NCBI GenBank assembly: GCA_012295275.1
Contig: CM022665.1
Location: 20,832,001-20,896,000, forward strand
DNA from: Chrysomallon squamiferum
Taxonomy: Eukaryota; Animalia; Mollusca
Length of the DNA stretch: 64,000 nt
Direction of reading: 5' to 3'
The first letter of the stretch is position 1. Every line of letters starts with the position of its first letter. A model generated the notes under the pieces. That model saw only the letters and a list, made by a program, of their open reading frames with translations, did not search any database and was not told the origin of the DNA. Below, piece after piece: positions 14,702-27,269 of the stretch. The position numbers and the translations under genes are program-made.

Positions 14702-17700
14702 GTAGTAATTTTTGAGTTACGTAAAGAATCTGGTATTAACAGACATGATTACATGTTATAAAGGAGATCATTAAGCTACATCGTTATGAGGAGACATGGG
14801 CAGTATTGTACACATTTATGACACAAAGGCTTTTTCAGCTTAATCTCTTATAGCCACCGGGAAAAGAAAATTCATTTATGAAGGCCGAATAATTCATTTA
14901 TTTTACAGTTTGGCATCGTTAGTTGTCTCCATATATCACATTTCATTACGGTGAAAAACCATTCTGTCTGTTTTTTTTTTTTTATTTCTTAATGTTGAGG
15001 AATTTGTTCAGAGTGTGAAGAACATGGTTTTGAATTTTAAAACAATTAAACTTTTTGAAATTGTTTATTGGTAAGAACAATGATCTATATTCCTTTGTTT
15101 TTAAGGAGTCATTTGAAATCATTGTTATACTGAACAATGATTTATTTAATTGTAGGAGCATTTGTATTTTTAAAATGTTTTATTTAATTAATTTTAGTTT
15201 TTCTTTTTTCCCCCCCCCCCCTGTCATTTAAATGTTAGTCATCAGTTTGGTTTTAATTGTATTTGTTAATTGAGTGGTGGTTTGAAATAATTATTTTAGA
15301 TTAGAAAGTTATTTTTATCACTGAAAAATCATTGAAGAATTGTAACTTGTAAAATGGATCAGAAGACAGCTGCAGATTGAGGCAGAGAAAAAACCAAAAA
15401 ATAAATCATCCAGCTGAGAAAGGAAATAAGTCTGAGAATGAGGAGAGGGAGGAGAGATAGAGGGGGAAGAGAAACAAGGGGGGATTGATAGTACTGTTTT
15501 ATGCAGTGTGTATGATACTTCTAGCCTAATAGTTTTAAAATGCATGTTACTGTAAACAAGAACACAACTGACTGTAAACCACAAACTGTATGGTGTGGTA
15601 TGGTATGTTATGGTAGAGATATATAGCTGATTATTAACCAAGAACTTCAGTGACATAGGCTGTTAGACTGATTTAACATTTTAAAAAGCAGGTATATTTT
15701 ACAGATATATAGCTGATTATAGACCAGAAGCATATCCTTAAAAAGAAGTATGTTATAGATGTGCATCCTAAACCAGGAAGAATAGTGTATGGTAGACCTT
15801 TCAGAAAGCACAAGTGTATCATGTGTATATGATGATTATAGACTAGGAACTGTAGTGTATGATAGACCATATATTAAAAAGTAAAGGACTGTTAAAGATG
15901 TTCATTATAAACCAGGAACTGTAGTATGCAGATGTTTTAAATCAGTTATCCATCTGGGTTTGTCTTGCCTCTTTACAGTTACTCTGATAACTTAAATTTT
16001 CTAGAAATAGTTTCATTCCCTATATTCTGTGATTTCAGGATTTTTTTAAATAACGTTTTCTAATGTCTTTTTGTTTTTGGTGGATTTTTTTTTTTTAAGA
16101 TTGTTTCCTTATTTATTTATTGATTCAATGCTCACTATCATAGATCATTAAATAAATAAATAAAATAATAATAAAAATGGACAATGTAATAACTTCATTC
16201 TCCTATAATTAAAATAATTCAACAATAACTACTTAAATTTACATTAACTGTTAGATTTAAAAGAAATATATTTTATTGCATGGAAAAAAAAACACCCAGA
16301 TAATGAAGGGGTATCAGAAGAAGTTAAAATGACTAAGAATAGTAAGATGTTTTACAAGCTGATCCTCGATTGTCTGAGTAATTTTTTTTCCACACTTCTG
16401 AGGTTACCAGTGCAGTAAAACTGCAGTAAACTATGTACACCTCATTTTTATTTATTTTTTTGACGGTAGAAATAATTTAAAACTTAATAATAATAATAAT
16501 AATAACTGTTGTTGTTGTTCGTTTCTATTTTAAAGACCCAAACAAACACAAGACTTTTCTTGTCAGATGATGTTATACTACTTATAAGGTCAATTTAAAA
16601 ATTCCATTAAAAGAATGGATTCTTCTTCATTTAAATGTTTTCTTTTATTACTGTTTATTAATTATTTTTTACATAATTGTTTTTTTTTTTCATCACACTT
16701 TTAGCAGCCTTTTTAAACTAATTTTTTTTTTTTTTTTTTAAAAAGACTAAAACATACTGAGAACAGTCTAAATGTTTTCCAAACCTGAATTGGTTAGAAT
16801 GGTTCATTAGAATTATTTATTGGTGGCAGGTTGAAGGATAATTTTGTATTTTTAGTTTTTATGTTGGCTGCTTGGTTTCCTCTTTCATGGAATGATCAGC
16901 CCACAAAACACAGAAACGAGATAAATAATGAATTAAGTAATCCGATGTTGATACTGTTATGAAAAAAAAAAAAAAAAGCTGTGTATTGTAAAATTGTCTT
17001 TATAATCCAGTTACATAATGTGTCACATGTTTTGTTCAGTTTAATAGTTTGATAGTTTAATAGTTAAATTTAATAGTTATTTAACATTTTCATTTAGCAA
17101 GTGTTTTCAGATGAATTTATGAGATTGTAAGGTGCTTGAATCAGTTACATAATACTGATAGATGTTTAGGTTGGGATGGGATTTCAAGAGTATTTAAGCT
17201 GAGATGGGATTAAAGAATGTTCAGGTTGCACTGGGATTACACAAATACTTGGGATGAGATTGGTGATTAATATTGGTTTTGAAAAGGCAATGATATCAAA
17301 GTTGATTGTGAAGTTTACAGATGTGTAATTTTACTAAGTTTTAATCTTTTAATTTTTCAATTTATTATGGTGGATAGATAGATAATTTAAATTAAAAAAA
17401 AAGAGTAAAAAACAGAAGGTTCTTGTGGGGAGTAATGGAGTGGGTAAGTACATAGACAAATCTGGTGGGAGATCATTGAGTGGGTAATACACTATCTGGT
17501 GGGAGGTTTTAATCTACATTCCAGTGTTATCAGTGTGTGAGAAAGTAGCCGTCTTCCCCTGAACAGACTGCTAGCTGTGTGTGCATGTAGAGATTTAAAT
17601 AAACATTTAGCAGTAACTTGATTCAGCAAATTTTGTCTTGTTTTTTTAATTTTTATTTCCATGCTGAAACAATTATAAGGTTTGTTTATCACTTTGTGAA

Positions 17701-20700
17701 ATATAGTATTTTACTAACACACTGCAGGGAATTATTTGGAATTGTACTTGTACTAATAACATGATTACAAATTTCATGCTTATCACTTAGTATTCTTAGA
17801 TTAACAACACCTAGAAGGGGATTATCTGGAACTATACTAAAACTAAAACAGTTAAAAAGTTTATGCTCATCAGTAAAATATTTTAAGAATAAACCTAGCT
17901 AGAATTACAAATTTAATGCTTAGAACTTAGCAAAATAGTGCATTTAGATTAACACCTAGCACATAATAATACTCAAACTAAAACAATTAAAAATTTGTTT
18001 ATCACTTAGTGAAATATCGCATTTTACTAACACCTAGCTGGTAATTACATGGAACTATACTAAAACTAAAAAGTTACAAAGTTTATGCTATTCAGTAAAA
18101 TATTCCACTTGTATTAACACCTAGCAAGAAATCAACAAAAGCTAAAATAATCTTATGCTTATCACTTAATAAAATAGTATGTTTAGGTTAACACCTGGCA
18201 GGAAATTATCTGTAATTATACTAAACTAAAACAGTTATGTTTATGTTTATCACTTTATAAAATGCAATATTTTACCAAAACCTAGCAGAGATTTATCAGG
18301 AAACAAAACATGGAGGAATATTAAAATGGATCCACTGATTTGCCACACTATTCTGTCTCTCAGTTACTAATGAGAAAATGGGAAAGACATTGAATTATAA
18401 ATTTTTGATAAAATTTAACAAATAGCTTGATGTGCATTTTAATGAATTAGCTCAGTTTGTTAGGAATGCATTGTAAGTGTACACAGAAATACCTGAGGTT
18501 CTTGTAGATAACAATAAAAATACAGATAAATAAATAAATAATTGTAAGCAAGAATGAAAAACTTGTTGGTGATCGTGCATTTGTAGTTTTAACATGTTTT
18601 TATCTGATTATTTTCGGAAGACAGTTTTAATGTGTTTATGATCAGATGTTTCTTTGTTTTATTCTGTAATAGGAAGAACTAATGTTGACAGGTTTCTGAT
18701 CAGGTATCTGTTTGGTTCCTTTTTTAAAGACCTACTTCAAACATCATATGTTTCTGTTACATTTCTTAAGACCTAGTTTCAATCAGTATCTGTTCATTTT
18801 GTAAGACCTAGTTTTTTAACATCAGGTGTAAAATTCAGCTGAAGATATGACATTTATCACAGGTGTGTGTGTATGAAAACAACAGTGTACTTGTGTAATG
18901 TGAAACTAGTGTCCCTTCTTTCTGAGCTGGACCTCTCCATTTCACAGTGTTTCGTTTGTAGATTCTCTCTCTCATTTGTATTGCTAGTCAGAACTTCAGG
19001 GATCTGCTCTGCAAACAGCTACATTTCTCTCTGAATGGCTCGCAAATCCTTTCGTGAATGGAAACGAAGACAGCGTTTTTCTGTTAAGTAGCTGCACTGT
19101 ACTTTTTATTGACTCTACCCATTTACCAGTGTTGTTGTCAAAGATGTGCACATTTGAAAGTGATGTTTGTACACTCACTGCCACAGGTTGTGCAACGTCT
19201 AGGATGACATTGATGATGATGATGATGTCTTAGAGCTGGGGGTTTTCAGCACTGTTGGAATAAACTCATTCAAAGACAGGGATACAGGGGTTAAATTGAG
19301 AATCAATAGAATCGATTAAATTAAATCTTTCTATTTCTTCTAAGTTGCTGTCCAGCCTTGCATTAATGGCATTGCATGCAAATAGTCTATTCATTAGAAA
19401 CTTTGTCAAAGTACACATCATCTCTGTGTGTGTATTTGCTCTCTCTCTCTCTCTCTTTTTTTACTAGTTACTGGCTTAATAAACCAAAAAAATAAAACAA
19501 CTTAAACTTCTTAAAGCACTGTCAGACACTGCCCACACGTTTTATAGTAAAGTAATGCATGGTTACCCTTTCATCATTTTTATTTTTATTTACTTCTAAT
19601 ACTAGTTGCTGTTTAAAATGATAGAGAAAACAAAATTTCATAGCTGATTTTAAGCAGTATCTCACTTGCCAACAGTGTGTATCTGTCTGTGTTTGTGTAT
19701 ATTCATGTACATTAAAAAAATTGCAGTTAAATACTCGATCTTAGTGACTTATTATTTCTTTCTTGAATATAATGCAACAAGTACATAAAGGATGGCACCA
19801 ATTGAAATTTAATTAAAAAGGAAAGTTGTAAATATTCAGTTAAATTATTCATTTGTATCATTAGGAATGTTACTCTTAGAAAATTATTCTCATAAAGTAA
19901 ATAAATAAATAAATAAGAAGACCAAAATTGAGACGAAAAACCAATCAGAACAAATAAATTAAATAAAAACCTTGCCTGTTGCATAGCTGATAAAAAAAAA
20001 AATTAACTTACTACTTAATGAAAGAAGAAAAAATATGGTTTTTATATTTTTGTCTGTTGGCTGAAGTTTCTTTCATCAAACATTACTTTGCAATACACCA
20101 AATCTTTTCTCCCTCTACACCATCTTTGAAAACTCAACCTGTGAAAAATCTGTTTGTTGTGATGGTAAATTTGCCAGCAAGAAGGGTAACAAAGCATTAT
20201 TTTCTTTCCATTAACCTGGCATTCATAGCCACTGGTCACTGGCCTTGCTTTACAGGTTCTCCTAGAGGTCACTTCACTGGCCTGACTGACCATCACAAAA
20301 TATAACTAACTCATTGTGCAAGCTCCACTGTGTGGAATAATCTAGTTATGCCCTGTTATGTAAAACACAGTGAGAATTAGTTGCGTTTTTCAGTAGTTAC
20401 TGTAAAGAATGTGCACTGGAATAAATTAGATGTGATGAATATATGTTCTTTGTATGTATGCAACATTAGAAAAGAAAATAGTTATGATTGTTATATTAGT
20501 AAACAAACATATTATAGTTGTTTGTATGAATTAAAAATACAGATGTTAATGATGGTGTATTATAATAAAGAATGAATGATGGTTTTGGTGGTGTATTGCA
20601 AACAGAAAAAATAAATTGCAATTGTTAATAAAAAGAAATTTACAAATTATTGTATTAAAATAAACCAACTACTGACAGCTGTATTACAGTAAACAAGAAA

Positions 20701-23165
20701 GATGGTTGTGTATAAAAATAAACAAAAGCAGTATGGTTGTGAATAAAAAAGAAATACTGATGGTTATGATTATATTAAAATAAAAATTATATTAAAATAA
20801 AGCAGTTTAGTATTTTAAAAATAGAAAAGAATGATGCTTCAGTAAAAAAGAATTGTTTATATAAAATAAAAAAAAAAACTGGTTGTATACTAAAAACTAA
20901 AGAATGGTGGTTGTATATAATAGTAGAACAAAAGAATGATGCTTGTGAAAAAAAAAAAAAATGGTATTAATATAAAAACAAAAAGTGGTTCTATACTCAA
21001 AACTAAAGAATGATGGTTGTGGTTATGGTTGTATTACAGGCAGAAGGCGAAGACGAGCTGAAAAAGAAACAGTTGATGGAGCTGGCCATCTTGAATGGCA
21101 CATACCGCGACTCCGCCCGCCCCATCATCCAGGCTCATCGTAAGTGTTAACTTTTCTCTTTTCACGTTCAACTCATCGTGTATCTTGTGCTTTTTCAGCC
21201 AGATGGCGAGGATGATCTAAAGAAACGGCAGCTCATGGAGTTAGCCATTATCAATGGCACATACCGCGACACTACCAAACCACAGACTTCAGTCGCTCAA
21301 CCTGCGTCTTCAAGTCGTAAGTGCACTATGGAGAGTGTGCCGTGCCTCGCTTTGTTATTTTTCTTCCGCTACATTCTCTTTTTTTTCCTTTTTTTTTTAA
21401 TTTTTTTTAAAAATTATTTCCTTTTTAGGCATTAGGCATGATGACATTTCTTCAAGTTTATCACTTTTTGTTTTTTATTATTGGTTATTTCTGAAAGTTC
21501 TGACATTGGATTTGTTTAGCAAATTATTATGATGGTAAAATAAAATGTTTTGTAGCAGCAGCCTGATTATCATTGGGAGTTCCTACTGTGGAAACTACAG
21601 TGTGTTATAGCACTCTTATTAAAACAGAATCTTCATCATATAAAGTTTTCATTAGTCCAGTCCAGAGTATGGGTATCATCTACATAGAGAACTGCTCACA
21701 TTTTTATCATTAAATACCACATCAGTAGTGAAGAAGTTAAACCTTTCCTGAACACAAGCCAAGGGATTTGATCAACTTAACATGATTTGCTTCAAATCAC
21801 TCATATTTAACTGAAAAAAAAAGGACTTTCTCTCTCTCTCTCTCTTCTCTCTCACACACACACATATATAAATGCACACTCCAACACTTAACCAAACAAG
21901 CCAGTTTATAAATAAAATATTGAAGAAATAAAATGAAATTTTTAAACTGTTTCAAATCCAGTGTCAGACGAGAATAGTTTTGTTCATTAGTAGATGATTT
22001 TCTCTCACAATTTGGCTTTTTAAAATTTTATTTATTTGTATAGCTGACACTTCACTTTCCATTGTGCATGATGCAGAATACTCTTGCATGTTCTTCCACC
22101 AACCTTTGACCTTTGGGGTTTTGACCATGACCTTTTCTTTCAGGTGGTGACTCCTGGGTGTAGGGAAAAGTGGATTGGTGTTTTATTTTTTTTGTTGGTT
22201 TTTTTCAGAGTTTATCTATCCTTGCTTTTTAGTTTAAAATGTACACACTGATATATGTTTTTTCCCTCTTACTTATTAGGCAAAGTTTGAAACCTGCATT
22301 TATTTTTATTTTTGTTTAATTCCTCAACATATGATCTCCCTTTGCAGCTTTATTTATGTTACACTATATTTTGGTGTTGTGTATATGTGTATATGTATGT
22401 ATATATATTATATATTAATCTATATTTTTTGCATGTTTTTAATTGACTTTTGATGGGAATGCATGTGTATTTCATATATTATTTTGAATTTTGATTTATC
22501 ATAAAATGTTTATAGCATGTTCAGAACATTTACATCATTCATTTGAAATACAATTGTTATTAAAATGTCAGTTAATTATTCAGAAAGTGATTTATTTTAT
22601 TCATACATTTTTTATTATGCTTTAATTTAATAACACATTACATTGATAAGCTTTTGAATAAATATTTACTGAAATTTTTCTTGTTAACATAATAATAATT
22701 CATAAATTGTGTTTTAATATTCTTAGAAGTTTAAACAAACAATGGAATCTCTGGCAACAACTTGTGTCATCAGTCCAGTATGGAAAAAAAAATACCATCA
22801 CATTTTTTTATTTACAGATGTGATATACATACCATTATCAATCAAGTTTAAAGACCAATTGTATAAACTGAATTAAGACCAGTGTCTCGGCTGAAATCTT
22901 GTATAAAGACCACCCCTGTCAAAGACCATGTGTTTGTTATATTGCAAAAGTTTTTTTTTCTTTTTCTTTTCCTCATTTTTTCTTCTTGTTTTGCGTTCAG
23001 TTATATTTTCATTTATTTCCTGTTTTGAATTTGTTAAATTTTAAAATGTTTTTTTTACAGCAGCATTGATTCCTAATTTCTGCAGAATCCTTTTAAAATA
23101 CAAGTTTTATAATACAGATCTTTCCATTTGTAACTTGATGTATTTTCAATGATAAAAAGGAAAGA

Positions 23166-23197
<32 letters not shown>

Positions 23198-25664
23198 TTA
23201 AATTAAAATTAAAACAAGTAGTTTATTCATCCAGATCAATTAAAAACATTATGCAGTTTATGGTGAAAAAGAAAAGGATAAACGAAATGATCAGTATATG
23301 CTATTGGATAAATTCTTTAGAAATGTATTGATTTTTCAACAAAGCAAATGCTTGTAAGTCTGAGTGATATAATACATCCAGAGATCACCTTAATTGTCAG
23401 TTACCATCTATATGTGTTGGAATTACCTCCCCTTTCAAAACACTCTCTTGCTTGCTCTCTCTTCATACAGCACTAGACACCCCTTCTTGTCAAGTGCTCC
23501 CCTTTCAGAATGTCTTTCTAAAGCAATATCCATGTTCCATGTTTGTACTATTCTTGAATAGTGCTATTCAACGGATAAGTTCTTCTGTAACATCATTCTT
23601 AGATGTACTTTTCCAGTTGCTACTTTTCTTTCAGATACTATTCCTGAACAGTACTTACTGTGTGTCTGGGTACTTTTCCATCCAGTACTGACCCATATTA
23701 CATATTCTGTAGATGTTGTTTAATTAGGTACCAATCCATAGATCTTTATAACTTGCATACTGCTCTCTGTATCCTGATCATTTGGATACCATTCTGTATT
23801 TCCTGATTTAGATACTATTCTGTAGATTATTATTGTTAGATACTGTTCTGTAGATATTCCTGATCATTTAGATATCATTCTGTATATCCTTATTAGATAC
23901 CTTTCTGTATATCCTTATTTAGATACCCTACTGTAGATCATGACAACTTGGATACTGATCAGTATATTGTGATTATTTAGATACTGATTGGTATATCCTG
24001 ATCATCTAGATAGCATTTTACTGGCTACTGTTTGTAAAAGTTGTTAGCTTGACATTCCAATGTTTCTGATTTTATTAACAGCTTTTAAGTAGACACACAT
24101 TTGATGTGTGCAGACACCAGACTGTAGATTGTAGCATGTTGATAATATATTGATGTAACTCACGTATGGACTATACTTGAGTAACATGGACTGGTGTAAC
24201 TTAGATATGGACCTCAATTGAGTAACCTGGACTGATGTTGCTCATGTATGGACCACACTTGAGTAACAGTATTGATGTAACTCACGGATGGACCACTTTT
24301 GAGTAACATGGACTGATGTAACTCATATATGGACCACATGTGAGATGCATGATGTATTGATGTAATAATGTCCTCACTCACAAACCCTAGCATCACTAAC
24401 CTACTCATCTTCTTGAAGCTTTCAGCATTGCAAATATATCAAACATGGGCCTTAACCCCTGGCGGGGACCAGACCTGAGCCTTCCCCGTGGCGCTACCCT
24501 CTCAGGCAAGACCTTTCTCATAATTACATAATCATGTTCTTTTTGCTTTGCTGTCGTATTTCATACATGTACACAAGTTTGAAATTTGAAATTTGAAATA
24601 AATAATGATAAATTTTAAACTGCTGAAAATGTTTTGAAATCTGATGGATCAAACAATCCAGTTTATTTATTTATTTATTTATTTATTTTTTGTTAACATA
24701 GCTGATGCATTAATTAACACAGAAGAATAGATTTTCATATATATGCTTGTTAATGGTGTGAAGGAAATGTTGATTTATCAAAAATAGGTTGTTTTTTCTC
24801 CCCCTGTTGCTGAATATTAACTAACCACTATTACTATTATCCATCACCATCAATATTTACACCCAGTCAGCTTTCAAGCATTTGTCTTCTGTATATTAAT
24901 TTTTGTGTATTTGTTTTTATTACCTACTGAAATGCATGTGTAAACTGTTCATAATTGTCACTTTAGGTTATCATCACTCAACATTATCTTAACACTTTTT
25001 AATATTTTAAGTATTTTTTTTTTTTCCTTATATTTTAATTTTTCCTTATTACATTTTTTTTTTTTTTAATTAATCTTATTTTTTAAATTATTTTATCTAA
25101 TATTTTATTCATTAGTTTATTAATTTCAGTTTTTTTTTTTTTTTTTTGTGATAGAAATTACCTTTCTTCTTAATTCTGTTTTAAAAAAATATTTTATTTC
25201 AAAATATGATTGGTTAATATTATTTGTTTTTATTGTCTTTGCCATTTATTGGTGTGTTTTTTTAAAAATAAGTTAATAATATTTTGACTATGATAACATT
25301 TTCATCTTTTCTGAAGAAACAATAAAAGTTAACATATTTGGATTCAAAACCATAATTTTAATTTTAATTTTAATTCATTTAATACCTTTCATTTCATCAT
25401 CATTCACCTGTTACTGTTTTGATAATCCTGTCTGTTTTGTCTGTTTAGTCTGTTTCATTTCTTTCTGTCCTCTGTCTTGTAAAGGGATAGAATCACACAT
25501 GGTGGTTGTAGGGTTATTTCCCATTCTAACCAGAGCCCTTAACTGGTGTGTTAAATGTTCCACTTGATTATTTGAGAAAATGTATTTTTTAAAAGTAATT
25601 AAACTTCTTTATTCTAATAATAATATTCAGATAATTTTTTTTATTATGTTTTTTATCTACAATA

Positions 25665-25715
<51 letters not shown>

Positions 25716-26186
25716 CAATAAAATTAAACTAATATAAAATGAAAATTAATAATAACAATATTTTAAAAAATTATTTTCATTTTAGTTTTTTATTTTAATT
25801 TTCATTGTTTTGTTGTTGATTTTTGGGGGGTGTTTTTTTAACCTTAAAATTATTTATTTTGTTCTTTATTTGTCAAAAATGTTCACTCTGTTAAAAAACT
25901 TGTCTAGTTCTGGCAGCAATAGCTAATTGTCTTTTTTTCTTCTTCTTTTTTTCTGTTATTCTGTGTTCATGGTTGGGCTCTGTGTTTTTTTGTTTTTTTT
26001 TGTTAGTTCTTTCATCATTATGCTTTGTTCATTTTAATCAGTATCATTTCATCTCTTGAAATTTTTTTTTTTAGTCTGAATCATGGGATTTTGAAAACAA
26101 TTTTAAATTTTTTTTTTCAATAGTGGATGTGTTAGATTAGGCCAAGTGAAATTACATATGTTTTTTAAATTATTATTATTACTATT

Positions 26187-26243
<57 letters not shown>

Positions 26244-27150
26244 TTTTATTTTTTTTGGTTAGTGTATATTAATTTTTCCTGAAAATATTTTTAACCATGT
26301 AAATAAATAAATAGTATGATGATATTTTGAGGAATTGTTAAAAGTGACCGCTAGTTGATACAAAAAGAAGCATATCATTTTTCATTTGTTTTATTTACTA
26401 TTACATAATGTTGAACAGTTCCCTTTCATTATCTGATTTTATTTGCTGTTATTGAATCATTTATTAAAACACGTACGTCACATTTGAACACTGATTAATA
26501 AATATCGAATTTTGTGGGTTTTTTCTTTCATTCAGAGATGCCACGTTTGATTACACCAGCTCAAGCAGCAGCTGCCTCGTTGCAGCTACATCAGATCAGG
26601 ACACCAGCGCCGGCTGGAACACCAATCATCTATGCACCACGCATGCAGACAATAAACACGTCGTCACCAAGCATCATGAATGGAGCCCCACCGCCCCTCG
26701 TATCCCCCGCTGACAGCGGCCTCATGTATAGCAGTCCATACGACTATCCATACACGCTCGCACCCACCATACTGGAGTACCCCACCAGCCTAGAACAGAC
26801 ACCTGGTATGTTTGTAAGATAAAAAACTTGTGAGATAGTTTTTAGTTGTAAATGTACGAGTGGCGTTTTTTTTTTTTTTTTTTTTTAAAAACAACATAAA
26901 AGGTTGTTGTTGTTTCCATGGTGATGGAGTATGGCTTCCATTTGATGAGCTAGAATCAAAGAAGAATTTTTTTTTAAAATTTTTAAAATAGTATTTAATG
27001 TTGTTGATGTATTTATCAAAATCTTTATTTATATTTTAGTCTTGTACTGTACTGCAGAATATTTACATCTGAACGACAAAAATATATAGCAATTTTAATT
27101 ACCTACATACATTCCAAAGATTTTCTCAAAATCAATATTAATTGAATATA

Positions 27151-27183
<33 letters not shown>

Positions 27184-27231
27184 ACATAATAAATATTTAA
27201 ATATTTATCAAAAGACTATATATTTGTATTG

Positions 27232-27269
<38 letters not shown>

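Noticed and set aside
21140-21198. Intron retention producing a tandem double-QUA2 protein (100+59 nt is a multiple of 3)
   Set aside because: The retained frame reads CGT AAG TGT TAA, an immediate stop.
21040-21316. QUA2 duplication as an assembly or haplotype artefact
   Set aside because: The copies differ at many synonymous sites and have unrelated 3' halves and flanks.
25480-25565. Possible degenerate SINE fragment (also 17430-17580)
   Set aside because: Only a vague resemblance from memory; no A/B boxes, tail or TSD could be delimited.
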